From positions 3,651-67,650 of the forward strand of contig JAZSOO010000023.1 of NCBI GenBank assembly GCA_045536935.1: a DNA stretch of 64,000 nucleotides, written 5' to 3'. This document shows positions 46,929 to 55,283 of this stretch, piece by piece; position 1 is the first letter of the stretch, and each line of letters opens with the position of its first letter. The DNA is from Eubacteriales bacterium. GTDB taxonomy: Bacteria; Bacillota; Clostridia; Oscillospirales; CAG-382. A program made the translations under genes and the position numbers. The notes beneath the pieces were generated by a model. That model had not been told where the DNA came from, did no database searches, and saw only the letters and a list, made by a program, of their open reading frames with translations.

Positions 46929-48307
46929 ACGTCGCCGAGCGATTTTGCAACCGCAACCATTATTGCACATTCCATTCTCTTTTTAAAGAGCTTGCAACCG
47001 TATTCGTAAATACCCTTAACAGAGCCCGTCGAATGATATGCGTTAGCAGCACAACCGCCGGAGCAATACAGCTTTGCCCAGCAATCGACACATTCCTTGC
47101 GTGCATATACGTTACATTCAAGAAATTCGTTTTGGATTTCAATATTGTCAACACCGTTCCAAATATCGCCAAGCTTAAATTTCTCGTCGCCGACAAATTG
47201 GTGGCAGGGGTATAGGTCACCCCAAGGAGTAACAGCCATATATTCGGTACCCGAACCGCAACCCGAGATACGCTTGTAAATACAAGGTCCGCCCGAAAGG
47301 TCTATCATATAGTGATAGAAGGTGAAGGGCTTGCCTTCCTTTTCTCTCTCAAGCATAAGAGAAGCAAGCTTTTCGTATTGGTCAAGAACTATAGGCAGGT
47401 CTTGCTCGGTAAGCTCCGAAGGATCGCCCGAAGCGCAAACGACGGGTTCCATACTAAGCTCGTTAAACCCAAGGTCGAGCATCGTTTGAATATCCTTCAA
47501 AAAGTCGGGATTTGCGTGGGTGAAGGTGCCGCGCATATAATAATTCTTGCCGTTTCTTGCATCAACGAGCTTTTTGAATTTGGGAACGATCCTTTCCCAG
47601 CTTCCGTTGCCTGCATAGTCAACACGGAAACGGTCGTGAACCTCTTTTCTGCCGTCAAGGCTGAGAACAACGTTGCTCATTTCACGGTTTGCAAAATCAA
47701 TAACGTCGTCATCGATAAGAAGTCCGTTTGTGGTAAGCGTGAAACGGAAATTCTTGTTCTTTTCCTTTTCAATGCTTCTTGCATATTCGACAAGCTGTTT
47801 GACAACGTCAAAATTCATCAAAGGCTCGCCGCCGAAAAAGTCAACCTCAAGATTCCTTCTGCTTCCCGAATTTTCGACAAGAAAATCAAGTGCACGCTTG
47901 CCCACCTCAAAGCTCATTATAGCTCTGTCACCGTGATATTTGCCCTGACTTGCAAAGCAATAAGAGCAATTAAGGTTGCAGGTGTGTGCAATATGAAGAC
48001 AAAGAGCCTTTATAACGCCCGACGTCTTTCTTTTAAGCTCGCCTGCCATGGGCTCGAAGGTGTCTTCAACGAAAAGCTTTTTTGCTTCCTTAAGCTCGTT
48101 TATCTGGTCGTAGCATTCCAGAATATCGTTTTCGGTAATTCCGTCAACGCCAAGATATTTACCGTTCATTTCGGCAATTATTTCGTCCTTGCTTTTACTT
48201 TCAAAAAGCGAAATAATATCATAAGCCACGTCGTCAACGGCGTGGACCGAGCCCGAGCAAATATCCAAAACAATGTTATATCCGTTTAATTTATACTGAT
48301 GAACCAT
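46925..48307 (-). CDS. scfB: SCIFF (ranthipeptide) radical SAM/SPASM maturase
   Basis: ALCLHIAHTCNLNCSYCFA, VDFFGGEP, GPC.YKR.SGCG.G.EY, YPCHQF, C..CWAKLYCSGGC.AN; adjacent to the precursor. Confidence 0.95.
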   Translation of the reverse strand: MVHQYKLNGYNIVLDICSGSVHAVDDVAYDIISLFESKSKDEIIAEMNGKYLGVDGITENDILECYDQINELKEAKKLFVEDTFEPMAGELKRKTSGVIKALCLHIAHTCNLNCSYCFASQGKYHGDRAIMSFEVGKRALDFLVENSGSRRNLEVDFFGGEPLMNFDVVKQLVEYARSIEKEKNKNFRFTLTTNGLLIDDDVIDFANREMSNVVLSLDGRKEVHDRFRVDYAGNGSWERIVPKFKKLVDARNGKNYYMRGTFTHANPDFLKDIQTMLDLGFNELSMEPVVCASGDPSELTEQDLPIVLDQYEKLASLMLEREKEGKPFTFYHYMIDLSGGPCIYKRISGCGSGTEYMAVTPWGDLYPCHQFVGDEKFKLGDIWNGVDNIEIQNEFLECNVYARKECVDCWAKLYCSGGCAANAYHSTGSVKGIYEYGCKLFKKRMECAIMVAVAKSLGDV

Positions 48308-48366
48308 AATTTTCCTCTTAATCAAGAAAAACGGCGCAAGTGCGCCGTTTTTGAATAATTATCCGA

Positions 48367-48519
48367 TTATTTTTCTTCGGACTTGTTCTCGCACTGTTGG
48401 TTTGCGATACCGCAGCTGGTCTTGCAAGCGGACTGGCAAGAAGTCTGGCATTCGCCGCAACCGCCGTTCTTTGCGCTTTCGCAAAGGTTACGAGTTTCGA
48501 TAGTCTTGATATGTTTCAT
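48367..48519 (-). CDS. scfA: SCIFF ranthipeptide precursor
   Basis: Not in the ORF track; MKHIKTIETRNLCESAKNGGCGECQTSCQSACKTSCGIANQQCENKSEEK contains the SCIFF core GGCGECQTSCQSACKTSC; GGAGG RBS. Confidence 0.95.
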   Translation of the reverse strand: MKHIKTIETRNLCESAKNGGCGECQTSCQSACKTSCGIANQQCENKSEEK

Positions 48520-48601
48520 CATGAATTCCTCCGTAAATATCTTTATTTCTGACTAATTATACACCATATTTATTTTCAAGTCAACAGTTTGAACCCAAAA
48601 A

Positions 48602-51151
48602 TTATTCTTCGTCGTCCTTGTTTTCATTATCTCTGACAGATTTCGGCATGTGGCCCTTTTTCGGCTTGGCGTTTTTACGTCTTATACCAACGATGATAGC
48701 CGCCACAGCACCGATAAGGGTTATGCTTACAAAGCCGTAAACGAGCATCTCGTCGATTGCAATATTGCTAAGAAGGTTTCCGATAGCGCTTCCGGAGTTG
48801 TCATCGTTCGCAACGTTGTTTTCGATGTTGCTTTGTTCGCTTTCTTCGGGAATCTCACTGAAGATTGTGTCGGAAATTTCTTCGCTTAAATCTTCACTTT
48901 CTTCGATGATTTCGGGTTCTGTAATACCTCTTACCGTTGCGATCTTAACAAGCTTGTCATAATCCTTCAAAATATCTTCCTTTGCGGAATTTGTCGCCAA
49001 AGCAATCGCAATATCGTCACGCATAGCACGAATCTTGCTTATAGAATTTGCGTTGTTTTCCAAATCTTCAAGGAAAGCTTTTATCTTTTTCTGTGCCGAA
49101 TCGGATTCCGCTCTCGTACATTGCTCACGTCCGTAAAGAAGAGCTATTCTGTTTTCAGAGAAGGTAAGGATAGCGCTTGCAACCTTTTCAATATCCGCAA
49201 AAGGCGATTCCGCAGGGTCGTTGATGACCTTGTTTATAAGCATATAATTTCGGTCGAAATATCCCTGAAGGCTGTCAAGAATAAAACCGTCTGCACCAAC
49301 ACGGCGAGCCTCGCCGATAGCGTTTGCAAGTATCTGATCATCATAGTCACAAGAGCTTTCAATACCGACAAAGAAGAGTGATTTCTTGCCCGTATATGCT
49401 TTTGCGATCTTGCCCTTTGAAGTAACCACACCGTCGTAATATGCGTTTTTGTCCAAGGGGTCGTTTTCGCTTTCGTCACCCTCGTAAAGAGCAAGACAAA
49501 GACCGTCAAAATAACCCTTTTCGATCCAACCGTATGCGTCCTGCATATAGTAATAATCAACGCTGTCACGTGCGGAAAGTACGGTTGTAGAAACGTTGGG
49601 TGCGTTTGTTTTGAGTGTTTCGGAAATGGATTTTGCCATATCCGAAACGAGCGACGTTTTGAATTCAACCCATTTTTTCCAATGCTTAGATTCAAAAAGC
49701 TCGGTCTTGATAGCCTCTGCTTCATTCATCGGCACCTTGTATTTTTTCGAGAATGCTTCAAGAGTTTTTGTATCGTAGCCAAGGTCACAGCCTTCGGAAA
49801 ATTTGGGGTATCTGAGATAGTCGAACATAATATGTTCAACAGGATATTGCTTTACGATATATTTAAGATAATCGATAAAATATTCCTTAAATTCCGTGGA
49901 AGCAGGGGAGAAGTATTTGTTTTTTAAGCCTTCTTCTTCGGAGTTGGTCTTCGATAACCAGTTCGGCTCTGCGACAGAAGCGTGTTCGTTGTAATAAACG
50001 TCAATACAAAGCGCAATCGCAATATTTTCTGCCTTGCCGACTTTTATAAAGGAATTAAGAACGTCAAAGCCGTCAAATTTTTCGTCTTGATTGAACTTAT
50101 TTCCCTCGGGAAGTGGGATAAAGCTGTTGTAGCCGTTGGAAAGCTTGAGAATTATTGTGTTTATATTAGCTTCTTTTACAGCTTTTACGGTCTTCTTAAC
50201 GTCTTCTTCACTTGTTTCCGTAGGAATATGGAAAGCACCTCGAAGCTCACTTCCTTGCTCGATGCCCGAATAGCAATCGTTCATTGTGTTATAAAGAAGA
50301 CCTGCCGCATAGGTTGCGGTCTTGTATGTGATCGTTTCGTCAAGAACTTCCTCGATGTGCCTAATGCAGTAGTCGAGCGATTCCCAATGATAAATATGCT
50401 CGTTTATAATAAGCTCTTCTTTTGCTTTTGCGTTTTCGAGCGTATATTCGACGGTGGTCTTGAGCATATCTTTTGTATATGTGAATGTGGCAATTCCGTC
50501 TTTCACAACGCATTTTGCACCGACAAGCGCATACATAATAAGAAACTGTCTGTCAGCATCCGTAACAGCAGAAACGATAAATCCGCCGTCGGGAAGAACT
50601 GCATCACTGCCTCTTGCGCAAACTATACCAAAACCGTCAACTGCAACCTTATATGCATAGGCAGAGTTAGAGCCTTCGCCGTTTGCAGAAATCATATATT
50701 GTTCGTCTTCGCCGGCAACCTTTACAGTCTTTTCGAAATAAGGGTTGAAACTGCCGTTCGAATCGCAAACAAAAAGCTTTTGTGTGTAATCGTCGTAATA
50801 AAGTCTTGTACCGACGCTGACGTTGTTTTTAAACCATTTTGCCTTCTCGCCGGTTGAAGATATTACCATACAGCCTTCGGGAACGGCAAGGTCGTTGCCT
50901 GAAGCATCGGTTGAAGGGATTATCTTTGTAACCTTACCGTTTTTATCAACGATAACGTCGTGACCCCAACGGTCCTGCTTGGTGGAGGGAACGTCGATGT
51001 AAACCACCGCACAATCGGAGGAACGCATTATGTTAACACCGTCGATAAATATAGCCTTACCCTCCGAATCCGCAGAAGCAAAAACGCAAAAAGACGAAAA
51101 TAAGGTTATTAAAGCAATAAATAACGCAAAAATTCTATTTGAAATACGCAT
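48602..51151 (-). CDS. Secreted, C-terminally anchored GHL10 (DUF187)-like glycoside hydrolase with two N-terminal repeat domains
   Basis: Signal peptide; ELRGAFH, FDVL, SPA..E, Y.V..I.FDYLRYP, W..F, QD...WI..GY.D; acidic linker, TM and basic tail. Confidence 0.75.
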   Translation of the reverse strand: MRISNRIFALFIALITLFSSFCVFASADSEGKAIFIDGVNIMRSSDCAVVYIDVPSTKQDRWGHDVIVDKNGKVTKIIPSTDASGNDLAVPEGCMVISSTGEKAKWFKNNVSVGTRLYYDDYTQKLFVCDSNGSFNPYFEKTVKVAGEDEQYMISANGEGSNSAYAYKVAVDGFGIVCARGSDAVLPDGGFIVSAVTDADRQFLIMYALVGAKCVVKDGIATFTYTKDMLKTTVEYTLENAKAKEELIINEHIYHWESLDYCIRHIEEVLDETITYKTATYAAGLLYNTMNDCYSGIEQGSELRGAFHIPTETSEEDVKKTVKAVKEANINTIILKLSNGYNSFIPLPEGNKFNQDEKFDGFDVLNSFIKVGKAENIAIALCIDVYYNEHASVAEPNWLSKTNSEEEGLKNKYFSPASTEFKEYFIDYLKYIVKQYPVEHIMFDYLRYPKFSEGCDLGYDTKTLEAFSKKYKVPMNEAEAIKTELFESKHWKKWVEFKTSLVSDMAKSISETLKTNAPNVSTTVLSARDSVDYYYMQDAYGWIEKGYFDGLCLALYEGDESENDPLDKNAYYDGVVTSKGKIAKAYTGKKSLFFVGIESSCDYDDQILANAIGEARRVGADGFILDSLQGYFDRNYMLINKVINDPAESPFADIEKVASAILTFSENRIALLYGREQCTRAESDSAQKKIKAFLEDLENNANSISKIRAMRDDIAIALATNSAKEDILKDYDKLVKIATVRGITEPEIIEESEDLSEEISDTIFSEIPEESEQSNIENNVANDDNSGSAIGNLLSNIAIDEMLVYGFVSITLIGAVAAIIVGIRRKNAKPKKGHMPKSVRDNENKDDEE

Positions 51152-51162
51152 TAAAAACCCTC

Positions 51163-51996
51163 CTAAAAATCAATAACCATACCGTCGTAGGCGGCAATAA
51201 AATCAATCTTTTCCGCCGCTTCAACAAGCTCGTCGTGCAGCAACATACCGTTGTGTGAAAAATGGTTAACGACGGATATGGTATTGCTGTCCGAAACTCC
51301 GATGCTTTCAAGCTTCTTTCTCAATACGGGTACAGAATCAAGACCAAGATGATTACCGCCGCTCGGCAGAGCAACGTAGGTGCAGTCGTAAGAAATAAGA
51401 TCGGCACGTATCCTGTTCTTTACGAGATAATCATAAACCTCGTCAAAAAGCATGCCAGTATCGTGAAGATAAAGAAGAGTTTTGTCGTCCTGCTGTATAA
51501 GATAAACGTAGGGTGTTTCACGGTCCGTATGATTTGCAGGAAGGGGAGTTATCCTGTAATTACCGACACAAACCGTTTCGTAAGGACGAATCTCCTTAAT
51601 ATCCGTCTGCGGCGGATAATTCTCCTCTTCAATCTCCATAAAATGCTCGTAACGTCTTTTGACGAAGTCGTTACCGTAAAAGGTAAGCGTCTTTTCGGTT
51701 ATATCGTGTGCATAACCGTAACCGATACGGTAAAGAATGTCTAATGGCTGAAAGTGGTCGAGATGTGAATGTGTTACAAAGCAATATTTGACAGCCGAAA
51801 GGTCAAGACAGTTTTTTTGTGCGTGAGAAAGCGTGTCTGTCGGAAAATCGATAAGAAGATCGTCGTTTATCAAGGCTTGTGAACGGGTACGAATATTCTT
51901 ACCGCCAAGCTTTTTTGCTTTCTTACAGTATTCGCAATTACAGAAAAGAGCAGGCCAGCCTTCTGCGGCGGCTGTTCCGAGATAGGTTAATTTCAT
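51163..51996 (-). CDS. Metallo-beta-lactamase fold hydrolase (PhnP-like)
   Basis: LGTAAAEG.P..FCNC..C, R.RS, THSHLDH, HDTG, NHFSHN, AYDG. Confidence 0.85.
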   Translation of the reverse strand: MKLTYLGTAAAEGWPALFCNCEYCKKAKKLGGKNIRTRSQALINDDLLIDFPTDTLSHAQKNCLDLSAVKYCFVTHSHLDHFQPLDILYRIGYGYAHDITEKTLTFYGNDFVKRRYEHFMEIEEENYPPQTDIKEIRPYETVCVGNYRITPLPANHTDRETPYVYLIQQDDKTLLYLHDTGMLFDEVYDYLVKNRIRADLISYDCTYVALPSGGNHLGLDSVPVLRKKLESIGVSDSNTISVVNHFSHNGMLLHDELVEAAEKIDFIAAYDGMVIDF

Positions 51997-52216
51997 TTTT
52001 CTTTTCCTCTGAAACAAAAAATCGCAAAATCACAAAATATATTATAATATGAAGCAAATTAAATTGCAAGCGAAAAAGAGAATCTTTTAGCCCTTTCAAA
52101 AAAAGAGAAAAAATACGAAAAAAGGTATTGCAATTTTGTTTGCTGTATGATATACTTTAGATTGCGAAATAACGGAGCCTTGGCTCCTTCATCATACGAA
52201 AGAGAGGAAAACTAAA

Positions 52217-52417
52217 ATGAAGCAGGATCTCCATCCCGACTACAAGACCACTACTATCAAGTGTGCTTGCGGCGCAGAATATGTTACCAAATCCGTAAAG
52301 GAAAATCTCAAGGTTGATATATGCTCTAAATGCCACCCCTTCTTCACCGGCAAACAGAAGTTTGTTGATGCAGGCGGACGTGTTGATAAGTTCAAGAAGA
52401 AGTTCAACCTCGACTAA
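52217..52417 (+). CDS. rpmE: 50S ribosomal protein L31 (zinc-binding type)
   Basis: [36 protein letters not shown]. Confidence 0.96.
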   Translation: MKQDLHPDYKTTTIKCACGAEYVTKSVKENLKVDICSKCHPFFTGKQKFVDAGGRVDKFKKKFNLD

Positions 52418-52504
52418 TCGTAACGTAATCAAATTGCAAAGCGGCGCAAATATGTGCCGCTTTCTTTTTTGTTTACCACATAACCGTGTGTTTTGTGAGG
52501 TATT

Positions 52505-53782
52505 ATGGCAGAAAATAATAATTTAACAGAAGAATTAAAAAACGGCTCGGGCAGGGCGGTTCTCGTTTCGGTTTCAACGACCGATGAATACGAAAAGTGT
52601 ATGCGCTCCCTCGATGAATTAAAGGGCTTGCTGGAAACGGCGGGCGGAGAAGAGGTTGCACGTATAATCCAGAACCGTGCAACGCCCGATAAGGCAACCT
52701 ATATCGGAAGCGGTAAGGTTAAAGAAATTGCCGATTTTGTAGAAGCCGACGGCGATATTTCCCTTGTCGTCTTTGATAACGAGTTAACTCCGTCGCAGAT
52801 AGCAAACCTTGAGGACGAGATAAAAAACGTTCGTGTTATCGATAGAACGATGCTCATTCTCGATATTTTTGCGCTCCATGCCGTTACGGGTGAGGGTAAA
52901 TTGCAGGTAGAGATTGCCTGCCTTCGTTATACAGCACCCCGCTTAACGGGCAGAGGTAAAGATCTTTCCCGTCTCGGCGGCGGTATAGGTACAAGAGGCC
53001 CCGGTGAATCAAAGCTGGAAAGTGACCGACGTCATATAAAAAGACGTATTGCCGCACTTTCGGAAGAACTTGCCGATATTGAACGTACCCGTGCGGTCAA
53101 ACGTGCTTCGAGAAAGCGTTCGGGTATTAAATCCGCCGCAATAATCGGCTATACCAACGCAGGTAAATCAACGCTGTTGAATACTCTTACCGATGCGGGA
53201 ATCCTTGCAGAGGATAAGCTTTTTGCAACGCTCGACCCTACGACAAGAAGATTAACTCTCCCCAGCGGAACCGAAATGCTCCTTACCGATACGGTAGGCT
53301 TTATCGACAGACTTCCCACACATCTCGTAAAGGCTTTCAAATCGACTCTTGAAGAATTGAAGTATGCCGACTATATCATTCTCATCACCGATGCGAGCGA
53401 GGAATTGACCGAACGTGAACGCAAGCGTGAAGTGACAAAGACTCTTGTTGCCGAGCTTGGCGCAGGCGATAAACCGATGATAGAGGTCTTTAATAAATGT
53501 GACAGAGCACTTCGTGATACACCCTTCCCGAAGGATAGCATCGAGATTTCCGCAATCAACGGGGAAGGTACAGACGTGCTTTTGGAACGTCTTGACGAGC
53601 TTGTTGCAAGCGGAAAGAAAAAGCTAAAGCTTTTGATACCCCATTCCGAAGCAGGTGTCGTTGCGGAAATATACCGACTTGCAACGGTTTTGGAATGTGA
53701 ATACGTCGAATCGGGCGCACTCATAACCGCAGAATGTGATTCCCGTGCATCAGGAACGTTTGAAAAATATATCACAGAATAA
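52505..53782 (+). CDS. hflX: Ribosome-splitting GTPase HflX
   Basis: YIGSGK, IDRT.LILDIFA, GIGTRGPGE, GYTNAGKSTL, LFATLDPT, DTVGFI, NKCD. Confidence 0.95.
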   Translation: MAENNNLTEELKNGSGRAVLVSVSTTDEYEKCMRSLDELKGLLETAGGEEVARIIQNRATPDKATYIGSGKVKEIADFVEADGDISLVVFDNELTPSQIANLEDEIKNVRVIDRTMLILDIFALHAVTGEGKLQVEIACLRYTAPRLTGRGKDLSRLGGGIGTRGPGESKLESDRRHIKRRIAALSEELADIERTRAVKRASRKRSGIKSAAIIGYTNAGKSTLLNTLTDAGILAEDKLFATLDPTTRRLTLPSGTEMLLTDTVGFIDRLPTHLVKAFKSTLEELKYADYIILITDASEELTERERKREVTKTLVAELGAGDKPMIEVFNKCDRALRDTPFPKDSIEISAINGEGTDVLLERLDELVASGKKKLKLLIPHSEAGVVAEIYRLATVLECEYVESGALITAECDSRASGTFEKYITE

Positions 53783-53838
53783 AAATAAAGGACACTTCGT
53801 TTTGAAGTGTCCTTTTTTGAAGTTTTAAAAACTCTTTT

Positions 53839-55125
53839 TTATACTGTTGCGGTCTTTTTCTTGAACTTTTTAAACAAAAAGAGAATGAATACCAAGCCCA
53901 AACCGACCGCAATAGCAACGACAAGGTCGAAAATAACGGTAAGCGCAAAGGTCACAAAAGTAACGAGAATATCACTCTTCGGTGCAGTTTTAATAATTTC
54001 CTTGATCTTCTTTGCTTCGCTCATATTATAAGCGACTATAAAGAGTATCGCCGCAATTGTAGGCATAGGAATGAAGCCTGCATAGGGCATAAGGAAAAGC
54101 AAAACGATAAGAAGAATGATTGAATGTACCATACCGGCAATCGGTGTTCTGCCGCCGTTTTTAATGTTTGCCGCAGTTCTTGCGATAGCGCCTGTTGCAG
54201 GTATACCGCCGAACAAAACCGAACCTATATTAGCCGCACCCTGCGCAAAAAGTTCTGCATTGGGGTTGTGACGGGAATCGATCATATTATCGGCAACAAC
54301 ACAGGAGAGAAGCGATTCTATACCTGCGAGTATTGCAATGGTGAAAGCATCGGGAAGTAGAGCTTTGATATTTGCAAAGCTGAAATCAATGCCCGAAAAA
54401 TCAACCTTAGGAAGCCCCATAGGGATATTATAAAGCTCGTCAATGATGAAGACACCTTCGTTAAGTACGGGAATGAACTTAACCATAAGTGCACCGACGA
54501 TAACTGCGATCAAGGAAGGCGGAACTCTCTTTTCAAACTTCGGATATACAATAAGTATCAAAAGCGAAACGGCGCCAACGACCAACGCCTGCCAAGAAAA
54601 CGTATCTATCGAAGCGATATTAGCCTCGATCTTTTCAATGGTTTCGATAGGCTTAAGACCTTCTGCGTATGTAAGACCGAGGAAGTCCTTTATCTGTCCG
54701 AAAAATATCGTAACTGCGATACCTGCGGTGAAGCCGGTGGTTATAGTATAGGGGATATACTTAATAAGTGCACCGAACTTGAAAACACCCATAAGTAAAA
54801 GGATAATACCTGCGAGAACGGTTGCAACGAACAAACCGCTCATACCGTTTACGGCAACGATACCTGCAACGATAGTCGCAAAAGCGGCTGTCGGCCCTGC
54901 GATCTGAACTCTGCTTCCGCCGAGGAAGGAAACGATAAACCCTGCGGCAATAGCGGTATAGATACCGCAGGCAGGCTCAACACCCGATGCAAGCGCCAAC
55001 GCAATTGAAAGAGGAAGAGCAATAATCGCAACGATTATACCCGCAACAATATCCTTTGTGAACTGTTGACCGTTGTAGTCTTTGATTACGGAAAACAACT
55101 TTGGCTTTAAATAAAAATCCTTCAT
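53839..55125 (-). CDS. SulP/SLC26 anion permease lacking the C-terminal STAS domain
   Basis: D..AG..VA..ALPL..A, GGSRVQIAGPT, IESLLS.VVAD, ATGAIART..N; ends shortly after the last TM at 428 aa. Confidence 0.88.
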   Translation of the reverse strand: MKDFYLKPKLFSVIKDYNGQQFTKDIVAGIIVAIIALPLSIALALASGVEPACGIYTAIAAGFIVSFLGGSRVQIAGPTAAFATIVAGIVAVNGMSGLFVATVLAGIILLLMGVFKFGALIKYIPYTITTGFTAGIAVTIFFGQIKDFLGLTYAEGLKPIETIEKIEANIASIDTFSWQALVVGAVSLLILIVYPKFEKRVPPSLIAVIVGALMVKFIPVLNEGVFIIDELYNIPMGLPKVDFSGIDFSFANIKALLPDAFTIAILAGIESLLSCVVADNMIDSRHNPNAELFAQGAANIGSVLFGGIPATGAIARTAANIKNGGRTPIAGMVHSIILLIVLLFLMPYAGFIPMPTIAAILFIVAYNMSEAKKIKEIIKTAPKSDILVTFVTFALTVIFDLVVAIAVGLGLVFILFLFKKFKKKTATV

Positions 55126-55283
55126 AATACAACTCTTTTCGTCATATATTTACTTTTTGGATTATATCACCGTGTTTTTCGTTTTTCAATGGTAAAAAAG
55201 CATAATGTTATTCATTAAGATGAAGGCAATATGGGCAAAAAAGAAAACGCAAGCGTCAAGCTTGCGTTTTCGTATTTGGTTAA

